From positions 233,757-297,756 of the forward strand of contig CAWBKH010000003.1 of assembly GCA_963789335.1 (NCBI GenBank): a DNA stretch of 64,000 nt, in the 5' to 3' direction. This DNA comes from an uncultured Verrucomicrobiae bacterium (GTDB taxonomy: Bacteria > Verrucomicrobiota > Verrucomicrobiia > Limisphaerales > UBA11358). The translations under genes and the position numbers were made by a program. Below the pieces are notes generated by a model that saw only the letters and a list, made by a program, of their open reading frames with translations, did not search any database and was not told the DNA's origin. How positions within the stretch are numbered: position 1 is the stretch's first letter; every line of letters begins with the position of its first letter. Shown here in pieces: positions 29,951 to 37,782 of the stretch.

Positions 29951-31051
29951 ATGGCAATTCAACTTCGCGACAAATCATCCTGCAAATACGACCAAATTTC
30001 CCTCGGCGAAATCATGCTGCGGCTCGACCCCGGCGAAGGCCGCATCCGCACCGCGCGGCATTTCACGGCGTGGGAAGGCGGCGGCGAATACAACACCTCG
30101 CGCGGCCTGCGCAAATGTTTCGGCTAGAAAACCGCCGTCTGCACCGCGTTCGTGGACAATGAGGTCGGCCACCTCATCGAGGATTTCATCATGCAGGGCG
30201 GCGTGGACACGGATTTCATCTAGTGGCGCGCCGGACGACGGCATCGGCCGCAGCATCCGCAACGGCCTGAATTTCACCGAGCGCGGCTTCGGCATCCGCG
30301 GCGCGGTCGGCGTGCCGGACCGCGGCAATTCCGCCGCGTCGCAACTGAAGCCCGGCGATTTCGACTGGGAAACACATTTTCGGCAAGCTCGGCGCGCGCT
30401 GGTTTCACACCGGCGGCATTTTCGCCGCGTTGTCCGACACGACCGCCGAGCTTACGATTGAAGCCGTGAAGGCCGCGAAGAAGCACGGCACGATCGTCAG
30501 CTACGATTTGAATTACCGTCCGTCGCTCTGGAAATCCATCGGCGGCCTCAAGAAAGCGCAGGAAGTGAACCGCGAAATCGCCAAATACGTGGACGTGATG
30601 ATCGGCAACGAGGAGGATTTCACCGCGTCGCCTCGGCTTCGAGGTGAAGGGCGCGGACCAAAATTTGAGCAAGATTGAAACCGACGCGTTCAAGGCGATG
30701 ATCGAAACGGCGGTGAAGGCGTATCCGAATTTCAAGGTGGCCGCCACGACGCTGCGCCGCGTCATCACCGCGACGAAGAACGACTGGAGCGCGATTCTCT
30801 GGCACGACGGGAAATTTCACGAGAGCCGGAAATATCCGGAACTGGAAATTCTCGACCGCGTCGGCGGCGGCGACAGTTTCGCCAGCGGCCTGCAATTCGG
30901 TTTCCTGGAATTCAACGACGCGCAGAAGGCGGTGGATTACGGCGCGGCGCACGGCGCGCTCGCCTCGACCACGCCCGGCGACACCAGCATGGCCACGCGC
31001 AAGGAAGTCGAGAAGACCATGGGCGGCGGCAGCGCGCGGGTGCAACGTTGA
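29951..31051 (+). pseudogene. PfkB-family sugar-acid kinase (KdgK-like), multiply disrupted
   Basis: ATG at 29951 and an in-frame TAG at 30125-30127 (...RKCFG*KTAVCTAF...). Frame switches occur near 30221-30232, at 30370-30372 (gggaaacac) and at 30629-30632 (tcgcctcgg). The homologous peptide can be followed through three frames to the stop at 31049-31051 (…GGGDSFASGLQFG…). Confidence 0.85.
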
Positions 31052-31114
31052 AAGTTAAAACGTTAAAGCGTTGAAGCGGATTCTGAAACCGCTTAAACTG
31101 TTCATCGCTTCAAC
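31047..31114. repeat. Intergenic stutter-arm hairpin (GTTAAAG/GTTGAAG-type arms)
   Basis: GTTGAAAGTTAAAACGTTAAAGCGTTGAAGCGG versus CCGCTTAAACTGTTCATCGCTTCAAC. It lies between the kinase pseudogene and the SDR gene. Confidence 0.55.
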
Positions 31115-31126
31115 AAATTACGAACC

Positions 31127-31901
31127 ATGAAAACACCAGCAGAATTGTTCTCACTCAAAGGCAAAGTGGCGGTGGTCATCGGCGGCACGGGTGAACTGTG
31201 CGGCGCGATTGCAGAAGGGATGGCGAAGGCCGGCGCGACGGTTGCGCTGGTGGGTCGCGACCCGAACAAGGCCAAGGCGCGCATGGACAAAATCGCCAAG
31301 GACGGCGGCAAGTCGGAATTTTTTCCCTGTGACACGACTTCCAAGGCCGGGCTGCAAAAGCTGCTGGCCGACGTGCTGGCAAAATTGGGCCGCGTGGATA
31401 TTCTGGTCAATGGCGCGGGCGTGAATTCGCCGACGCCGTTCTTCGACATTCCTGAAGACGAGATTGACCGCATTCTGGCGGTGAATTTGAAGGGACTCAT
31501 GCTGGCGTGCCAGATTTTCGGCAAGCACATGGTTGAAAAAGGTTCCGGCAGCATCATCAATGTCGGCTCGGCTTCCGGCCTGAATCCGCTGTCGCGCGTG
31601 TTCACCTACTCGGCTTCCAAGGCCGGCGTGCATAACATTTCCAAGAACCTCGCGCGCGAATGGGCGACGAAAGGGGTGCGCGTGAACATTCTGGTGCCGG
31701 GGTTTTTCCCCGCCGAACAAAACCGGAAAGTGTTCAGCCCCGACCGTGTGAAAACAATTCATCGCCAAAACACCGATGAATCGTTTTGGCGAAGCGCATG
31801 AATTGGTCGGCGCGGCGTTATTGCTGGCGTCCGACGCCGGCAGCTTCATCACTGGCGCCGAACTGGTCGTGGACGGCGGGTTCGATGCAATGACCATTTG
31901 A
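31127..31901 (+). pseudogene. Short-chain dehydrogenase/reductase (KduD/gluconate 5-dehydrogenase-like) with one frameshift
   Basis: [11 protein letters not shown] cofactor motif and YSASKAG catalytic motif. ORF 31127..31801 ends prematurely. The expected C-terminus ([45 protein letters not shown]) reads in the next frame to 31899-31901. The switch is within 31749-31761 (gtgaaaacaattc). Confidence 0.75.
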
Positions 31902-31970
31902 TTTTTCACCCAAAAAAATCAGCTCGTCGGAGCGGATGCTTCAACGGGCTTTTGCTTTTGGAAAGAGTTG

Positions 31971-33356
31971 TTACAGATCGGTAATCGGGTTATGCCGTGG
32001 CACGAGCATTTTCATAACGGCCCACGCAATCAGATAGCTCAACGCACAGACGATGAACATGAAGAAGTAGGCCGTTTGCGGATTTTGTTTGAACACGTCC
32101 GCCAGTCTGCCAGCCAACAGTTGTACCGCCACGCCGCCGATGCCGCCAGCCGTCGTGCCGATGCCAGTGACCGAGGCAACAGTTTTCTTCGGGAACATGT
32201 CGGAAACGGTCGTGAACAGGTTGGCCGACCACGCCTGATGAGCGGCGGCGCCGATGGAAATCATGGCAATCGCCAGCGCGGCGGCCGCATTTCCGAACCG
32301 GCTGACATCGCCAAAATACTGGGTGAACAACACCGCCAGCGGCGCCACGGCAATGAGGAACATGGCCAGCATGCGCGCCCGATAGACCGACATTCCTTTC
32401 TTGATGAGTGTCAGCGGAATGCTTCCGCCATAAATGCTGCCGATGATGGAAATGCCAAACACGATAAACGTCGGCCACATCACCTGCTTCGTCGTCATGT
32501 GAAATTGCTTTTCCAAGTAGTCCGGCAGCCAGAACAAATAAAACCACCAGATGCCATCGGTCATGAACTTCCCAAAAAAGAACGCCCAACCTTGGCGATA
32601 GCCAAAGAGCCGCCACCAGGAAAACCTTGCCTTGTCTCCATTGACATCCGTGGCTGCGGTTTCGTCGTCAATGTGAATGTAATCGTATTCCGCCTTGGAG
32701 AGCCGTCTTTGTTTGGCGGGCGTCTCATAGAGCCAAAACCAGAAAATCAACCAGAGAAAACCCGATGCGCCCGTGAGAATGAACGCCATTTTCCAGCCGA
32801 GTTGATGGCTGAAACTGACGAGGATGATTGGAACCACCAGCGCGGCCACCATGGCGCCCGAGTTCGAGCCGGCGTTAAAAATGCCGGTGGCCAGGGCGCG
32901 CTCGCGCTTGGGAAACCACTCGGCCACCGTTTTAATCGAGGCGGGAAAGTTGCCGGCTTCGCCCACCGCGAACGCGCTGCGGATGACGATGTGCGACACC
33001 AGCAGCCGCCCGACAAACGCGTTGACCATGCCGCAGATGGACCAGAAAATAAGCGACAGCGCCAAACCCAGTTTGGTGCCGATTCGATCCATCACCCAGC
33101 CCATGATCAGCGTCATGCCGGCGTAAAATCCCGTGAAGAACGAAGTCAAATAAGAAAAATCCTGGTTGGACCAGCCAAACCCGCCCTGCGCCACCGGCAC
33201 GCAGAAGATGTAGTCCTTCAGGTAACTGATGACCTGCCGGTCCAGGTAGTTGAAGGTGGTGGAGAAAAACAACAGCCCGCAGATGATCCAGCGATAATTG
33301 CGAAATCCCGGCGGAGATGGACTTGGGGAATTCATGCGTTCTTGGAAAATATCCAA
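31971..33356 (-). CDS. MFS transporter, hexuronate (ExuT)-like
   Basis: 461 aa with 12 TM-like segments and blocks NYLDRQVIS, GWVMDRIGTK and EAGNFPA typical of the ACS/ExuT subfamily (from memory). Confidence 0.8.
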   Translation of the reverse strand: MDIFQERMNSPSPSPPGFRNYRWIICGLLFFSTTFNYLDRQVISYLKDYIFCVPVAQGGFGWSNQDFSYLTSFFTGFYAGMTLIMGWVMDRIGTKLGLALSLIFWSICGMVNAFVGRLLVSHIVIRSAFAVGEAGNFPASIKTVAEWFPKRERALATGIFNAGSNSGAMVAALVVPIILVSFSHQLGWKMAFILTGASGFLWLIFWFWLYETPAKQRRLSKAEYDYIHIDDETAATDVNGDKARFSWWRLFGYRQGWAFFFGKFMTDGIWWFYLFWLPDYLEKQFHMTTKQVMWPTFIVFGISIIGSIYGGSIPLTLIKKGMSVYRARMLAMFLIAVAPLAVLFTQYFGDVSRFGNAAAALAIAMISIGAAAHQAWSANLFTTVSDMFPKKTVASVTGIGTTAGGIGGVAVQLLAGRLADVFKQNPQTAYFFMFIVCALSYLIAWAVMKMLVPRHNPITDL

Positions 33357-33428
33357 AAAATTAAGGGCGATTCAAGCGTTAAATCCACCTTTACAAACCG
33401 CCGGCGCTTGTGTAACGCTGTGCGCAAT

Positions 33429-33806
33429 ATGTGGAAGAAAATTCTACCGGTTTTGCCGGTGTTGTTGCTGACGGGATGTGCCACGACGTTTACCAATCTG
33501 ACGCCGCTGGAACAACCGCGCAACGCCAACAACCTTTACCCCGTCGAAGTCGCCTTTGCTTCGCAACAGCAATCAATGCGGTGGGACTCACTCCATCCTT
33601 ACGTGCTCGCCAACGGCCAGCTCTACGACATGCGCCCGACGCCGCTGATGACCAATCGCTGGGAAGGTTTTGTACCCGTGCCGCCCGGAGCCACTGACGT
33701 CACCTACCGTTATAAATTTGACTATCTTTACAACGATTTCAACAAGCCGCCCCAGCCCGGCAACGCCCTTTCGCCGGCGTATAAACTGACCATTCTCGGT
33801 CAGTAA
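33429..33806 (+). CDS. Small lipoprotein (hypothetical)
   Basis: The ATG at 33429 is in the frame of the mostly antisense long ORF 31968..33806. Signal peptide with lipobox LLLTGC. 125 aa. Confidence 0.55.
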   Translation: MWKKILPVLPVLLLTGCATTFTNLTPLEQPRNANNLYPVEVAFASQQQSMRWDSLHPYVLANGQLYDMRPTPLMTNRWEGFVPVPPGATDVTYRYKFDYLYNDFNKPPQPGNALSPAYKLTILGQ

Positions 33807-33812
33807 CGCCGC

Positions 33813-34262
33813 TCATTGCCTTGGCCGGAGAAGAATGGCCTTTTTTTCCGAGCCTTCGACTTCGACGCTGTGCGTTTCCACGTCGGGATCGTCCTTGAGT
33901 GCTTGGTGCACCACCCGGCGGTCAAAGGCCGTCATCGGTTCTAATTCCACCGTATCGCCCCAGCGCCGGACTTTGTCCGCGGCGTTCTTGGCTTTTTTCA
34001 CGAGGGCTTCGCGCGCCTGCGCACGATAGCCGCCCACGTCCACCATCACCTTGGGCGCGGTGGCATCCTGCTGAAAAAGCAGGCGGTTGGCGATGTATTG
34101 CAGGTCGGAAAGGGTCTGCCCTTGGCGGCCAATGAGCCGTCCGGCGTCATCGGTTTTTACCTCAAGTAAAAGACCTTCTTCCAACTTGTGTTCCTCGATG
34201 GTGGCGGAAAAACCGAGGGTTTCCAGAATTTTTCCCAGTGTTTCTTTTGGTTGAGCGGACAT
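33813..34262 (-). CDS. jag: Jag/KhpB-like RNA-binding protein (KH + R3H)
   Basis: R3H-type C-terminus (FDRRVVHQALKDDPDVETHS) and its position downstream of yidC. Confidence 0.85.
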   Translation of the reverse strand: MSAQPKETLGKILETLGFSATIEEHKLEEGLLLEVKTDDAGRLIGRQGQTLSDLQYIANRLLFQQDATAPKVMVDVGGYRAQAREALVKKAKNAADKVRRWGDTVELEPMTAFDRRVVHQALKDDPDVETHSVEVEGSEKKAILLRPRQ

Positions 34263-34271
34263 AAATTAGTG

Positions 34272-34360
34272 GTCGAGAGTCGAGAGTCGAAAGTCGAGGG
34301 CCAAGCGGCAGACGGCGAGAGCATTTTTCAGCCCTCGTCTCTCGGCGTTCGTCTCTCGAC
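34272..34360. repeat. Intergenic stutter-arm hairpin, GTCGAG(A/T)G family
   Basis: GTCGAGAGTCGAGAGTCGAAAGTCGAGGGC (34272-34301) versus GCCCTCGTCTCTCGGCGTTCGTCTCTCGAC (34331-34360), about 22 of 30 complementary. It lies between the yidC stop and the jag start. Confidence 0.75.
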
Positions 34361-34375
34361 TCTTTTGCATCGGCA

Positions 34376-36207
34376 TTATTTTTTCTTTTTCGGCGGCGGA
34401 GTCAATGCCGGAGCAGCACCGGAAGCAACCGGAGCCTGATTCATTTTCGTAAGCTTGGTCTGCGCAATTGTCAGAAGATTGTTGACCGTCCAGTAGAGCG
34501 TCAAGCCCGACGAATAGTTGTAAAGGAAAAGCAGGAAAATCAGCGGCAGATAGCGCATGATTTTCGCCTGGCTAGGGTCCATGCCCGGCGACGGCGGTTG
34601 CAGGTGCGATTGCCACAACATCGCGCCGCCCATCAACAACGGCAGCAAGTTAAACGGCAACCCCTCTGGCGTGCTGATGAACGGAATAAACGTCAGCCCC
34701 GGAATCATGAACAACGTGTCGGGTTTCGACAAATCCGCCACCCACAGGAAATGCGCCCCGCGCAGTTCAATCGCGCTGCGGATCATCGTGTAAAAGCCCA
34801 GGAACACCGGCATTTGAATCAACATCGGCAAACACCCGCTCATCGGGCTTACCTTGTGTTTGCGATACATTTCCCACTGTTTCTGTGTGAGTTTCTGCGG
34901 ATCGTCCTTGTATTTCGCCTGAAGCGCCTTTAATTCCGGCGCCAGCGCCTGCATCTTCTTCATCGAACGCGTGCTCTTGGCCATCAAAGGCCAGAACAGC
35001 ACCTTGAGGATGACCGTGAACAGCACGATGACCCAGCCGTAACCCAGCTTGGTCACATCATGCAGCCAGTTCATGCCCACTAACAGCGCCTTGGCAAAAA
35101 ATCCCCAGATGCCTCCGTAATTCATCACGAGGTCGGCGTGATTTTTGAACTTCTCCCCGATGCGGGCCAGCGTCCGGTATTCCTTTGGCCCCGCAAAGAG
35201 AACGATTTGCCGTTCAATTACCTGGTTGGTTCCGAGGGTTTGCGCCGGATAAACCAGGGCGGTTTGAATGCCTTCCGGTGACGGGCGCCCGGCTCCGGCT
35301 CGACATTGGGAAACGGCGGCAAATGAACCGGGCGCGCAATGACCTCTGCGGCTGGTTTTTCCGGCATCGCCAGCAGTGTGAAAAATTGATTGTGCGCCGC
35401 GGCCCAAACCACATTGCTCGTGCCCTCGCGATATTCGGTCTTGGGCGTACGGGGGAAGAAAATCAAAAACGTGGTGTTGGTGCTGAAATAGGACAAGCTG
35501 ATCTGCTCGTCCTTCGCGCCGTTGTACCACATCATGCCGACATTGTAGCCGTTGTCGTCCGGTCCCATCGGGGTCGCCGTGCCGACCACCCAGTCCTGCC
35601 TCGGCAATGCCAGCAATTTGTCGGACGTGTTGACCAGCCGCACGGTCACGTTCACCAGATAATCCGCGCCGATGTGAAATTCCTTCACGATGCGCAGACC
35701 GTCGGGAAGGGACTTTTCCGCGCGAACACCGTCGTCGGTTTTCGTCAAAGTGAAGTTGCCGTCGCCAATCAAACTCGCATCACCCAAAATCGCCAGCACC
35801 GGCACGGACGCGCGGGTGTTCAACGTGGCCACGCCATTGGTCGTCATCGCCGTCTTCCAGCGTAGCGAGACGGTTTCAGGGTAATCCAGCAGCTCGACCG
35901 ATTTCAATCCACCGCCGCGCGATGTGAATATGTAACGCGCGTGCATGTTGGTAAGCACAATCGTTTGTTCCGGCATGTTGGTGCCGACGGAAAATACGGG
36001 AGCGGCGGTGGAAGCGGTTGTTGCGGCTGTTGGCGCGGCGGAAACGGCGTTTGAAGCCGCGGTCGCAGTTTGGGTTGGTTCCGTGACCAACGTGTTTGTG
36101 CCCGTTGCCGGTTGGGTCATCTGCGAGGCGTACCTCTGCTCCGTGACGAACCATACACCCAGCAGAACGATGCAGAGAGTGACAACAATGATGCCGGTGC
36201 GGTCCAT
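34376..36207 (-). CDS. yidC: Membrane protein insertase YidC, reading frame interrupted by one apparent 1-nt deletion
   Basis: The N-terminal part is ORF 35218..36207 (TM segment plus periplasmic domain). The C-terminal insertase core is in ORF 34376..35530 (FWPLMAKSTRSMKKMQALAPELKALQAKYKDDPQK, MSGCLPMLIQMPVF). The frames must join within 35221-35530, most plausibly near 35278-35295 (...EPEPGA / RPSPEGIQTALVY...). Confidence 0.85.
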
Positions 36208-36213
36208 GAGTAA

Positions 36214-36492
36214 TTAAATTCCGAACTCCTTTTTCGGCGCCGGATCATGCCCGCAATCGCCCCACGGATGACAGCGGCAAATCCGTTTGACGGCCAGCCA
36301 GCCGCCAGCCAGCGCGCCCCGCGAACGAATGGCGTCCATCGCGTATTGCGAACAACTCGGCGTGAACCGGCAGCCGCCAGTCGGCCCGAACAGAAAAACG
36401 AGCGCGGGCGAAACCGTCCAGCGATACAGCCGTATGAGGAAGATCAAAACGGACTTGGGAACATTCAACAACCAACATTCAACATTGAACAT
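36214..36492 (-). CDS. yidD: Membrane protein insertion efficiency factor YidD
   Basis: LIRLYRWTVSP...CRFTPSCSQYAMDAI...RCHPW. The start is uncertain. The ATG at 36492 lies inside the hairpin repeat, and a TTG further downstream is also possible. Confidence 0.8.
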   Translation of the reverse strand: MFNVECWLLNVPKSVLIFLIRLYRWTVSPALVFLFGPTGGCRFTPSCSQYAMDAIRSRGALAGGWLAVKRICRCHPWGDCGHDPAPKKEFGI

Positions 36493-36547
36493 CCAATGAG
36501 AGCAGGAGCGTTCCCCCATTGGGAGTTGGGCGTTGAATGTTGAGTGT
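36459..36547. repeat. Intergenic stutter-arm hairpin, CAACATTCAAC family
   Basis: GAACATTCAACAACCAACATTCAACATTGAACATCCAATG (36459-36498) versus CATTGGGAGTTGGGCGTTGAATGTTGAGTGT (36517-36547). The apical stem CCAATG/CATTGG is perfect. It lies between rnpA and yidD. Confidence 0.75.
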
Positions 36548-36557
36548 AGAGAGTTTT

Positions 36558-36953
36558 TCATTTCAGCAGATTCGCGCGATTCAGTGCCGCCAGAAAATCC
36601 TTTTCGACCTCGGCGAATTTTTTCCCGACGATTGAATTCCGCGCGACGAGCACCAGTTCGATCGGCTGGGCAAACTCATTTTGGTGCTGCCGGAAACTTT
36701 CTCGCAACAACCGCCGTGCCCGGCTGCGCACCACCGCGCCGCCGATTTTTCGACTGGTAACGACGCCCAGTCGCGGCGCGCCACCGTCCGGCAATACATG
36801 CCAGTTGGCAATGAGACACCCCAGCGCGAGCCGCTGCCCCTCCTGGCGCACGCGCGCAAAATCGCGCTGCTGCTGGAGCCGCGTTGAGCGACGCAGGCGC
36901 AGGCGTCTGGCAGCCGGTGTCCGGCGTCCGGCGTCTGGAGACGGGGTGGGCAT
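36558..36953 (-). CDS. rnpA: Ribonuclease P protein component
   Basis: Basic 131-aa protein (RLRRSTRLQQQRDFARV..., VTSRKIGGAVVRSRARR) between rpmH and yidD. Confidence 0.85.
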   Translation of the reverse strand: MPTPSPDAGRRTPAARRLRLRRSTRLQQQRDFARVRQEGQRLALGCLIANWHVLPDGGAPRLGVVTSRKIGGAVVRSRARRLLRESFRQHQNEFAQPIELVLVARNSIVGKKFAEVEKDFLAALNRANLLK

Positions 36954-36965
36954 GAAACACGCGGA

Positions 36966-37103
36966 TTAAACGGGCGTCAGGCGTTTGCGTCCCACGCGGC
37001 GGCGGTTGCGCAGCGTGGCGCGACCACTCTTGGTGGATTTGCGGGCGAGAAATCCGTGCTGCCGTTTGCGCCGGATTTTTGATGGCTGATACTGGCGTTT
37101 CAT
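36966..37103 (-). CDS. rpmH: 50S ribosomal protein L34
   Basis: Hand translation gives [45 protein letters not shown] (45 aa). Too short for the ORF track. Confidence 0.93.
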   Translation of the reverse strand: MKRQYQPSKIRRKRQHGFLARKSTKSGRATLRNRRRVGRKRLTPV

Positions 37104-37296
37104 AAATCAATAAATCAAATTTGATGCGCGCCTTTTGCGCGGAAAAACTCCGTTTGACGGAGCGCCGAGATTAGCAGTGAAACGCCTTCTGTCAAGGCGC
37201 GGTTCTGGAAATGATGGGCGGGTGAAGCCGGGTAAAGACCCGACTTTATTGCCGATTTGGCCAGCCACCTGTAGGATAATGCGGTCATCTTTCGAC

Positions 37297-37782
37297 ATGG
37301 ACAAGTTCATTGACGCGCTTTGCCTCCAATGCGGCCTTTGCTGCAATGGAGTCCTGTTTGCCGACGTTCGTCCGGAACCGGGCGATTCTTCACCGCTCTT
37401 CAACGGCAAGCGCTCGCGCGTTGCGCAGCCGTGTCCCGCCTTCAACGCCGCCACGTGCGCGTGCGCCATCTATGCCGAACGCCCGATGCGTTGCCGGAAA
37501 TTTGAATGCCGCCAACTCCTCGGTGTGCGCGCCGGAACGACGACGATAGAAAAGGCCTTTCGTCAAATCCGTGCCGCGCGTGAGCTGGCCGCCGAAGTCG
37601 AGAAATTGCTGACCGAACTCGGTTTCAACGACGTGCGGTTGCCGTTCAGCCGCCGCTTTCAACGCTGCCAGCGCGCTGCCGAAAGTGGCAAACTGCCGGA
37701 GACGCAACTTGACCGGCTGGCTGATTTGCAATTGGCGGTGCATCATTTGACGGGATTGCTGGCGAAGGAGTTTTACGCGTGA
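37297..37782 (+). CDS. YkgJ-family cysteine-cluster protein
   Basis: I chose the ATG at 37297. CLQCGLCC, then CPAF...CAIY..RP..CRKFEC, the UPF0153/YkgJ pattern. Confidence 0.7.
   Translation: MDKFIDALCLQCGLCCNGVLFADVRPEPGDSSPLFNGKRSRVAQPCPAFNAATCACAIYAERPMRCRKFECRQLLGVRAGTTTIEKAFRQIRAARELAAEVEKLLTELGFNDVRLPFSRRFQRCQRAAESGKLPETQLDRLADLQLAVHHLTGLLAKEFYA

Noticed and set aside
30125-30223. TAG codons in the kinase gene as pyrrolysine or programmed read-through, and the TGA at 46321 as selenocysteine.
   Set aside because: No pyl or sel machinery or SECIS-like hairpin is evident. The kinase also has three frame switches. The affected positions are not catalytic Cys-type sites. Nonsense mutation is the simpler reading.
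31968-33428. A 612-aa plus-strand ORF (31968..33806) and many other long ORFs: 2218..3513(-), 9647..10813(+), 13415..14515(-), 23458..24510(-), 27493..28644(+), 41551..43050(-), 48308..49522(+), 59537..60898(+).
   Set aside because: They lie antisense to genes with clear family motifs and have Arg/Gly/Ala/Pro-rich, low-information translations typical of high-GC shadow ORFs. Only the last 378 nt of 31968..33806 (33429-33806, a lipoprotein) look genuinely coding.
35270-35300. Programmed ribosomal frameshift in yidC.
   Set aside because: There is no slippery heptamer (X XXY YYZ) or downstream pseudoknot at the junction, and no precedent that I know of. An indel, either real or an assembly error, is more likely.
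34272-36547. Possibility that the repeated short motifs (GTCGAGA, CATTCAAC and others) are CRISPR arrays.
   Set aside because: There are no constant-length repeats separated by unique spacers. Each locus is a single inverted-repeat structure of under 110 bp, and no cas genes are present in the window.
37104-37296. Replication origin next to rpmH, as in many bacteria where dnaA is divergent from rpmH.
   Set aside because: The divergent neighbour is a ykgJ-like gene, not dnaA. I found no TTATCCACA-type DnaA boxes; the closest is tgtaggataa, with an extra base. There is no AT-rich unwinding region.
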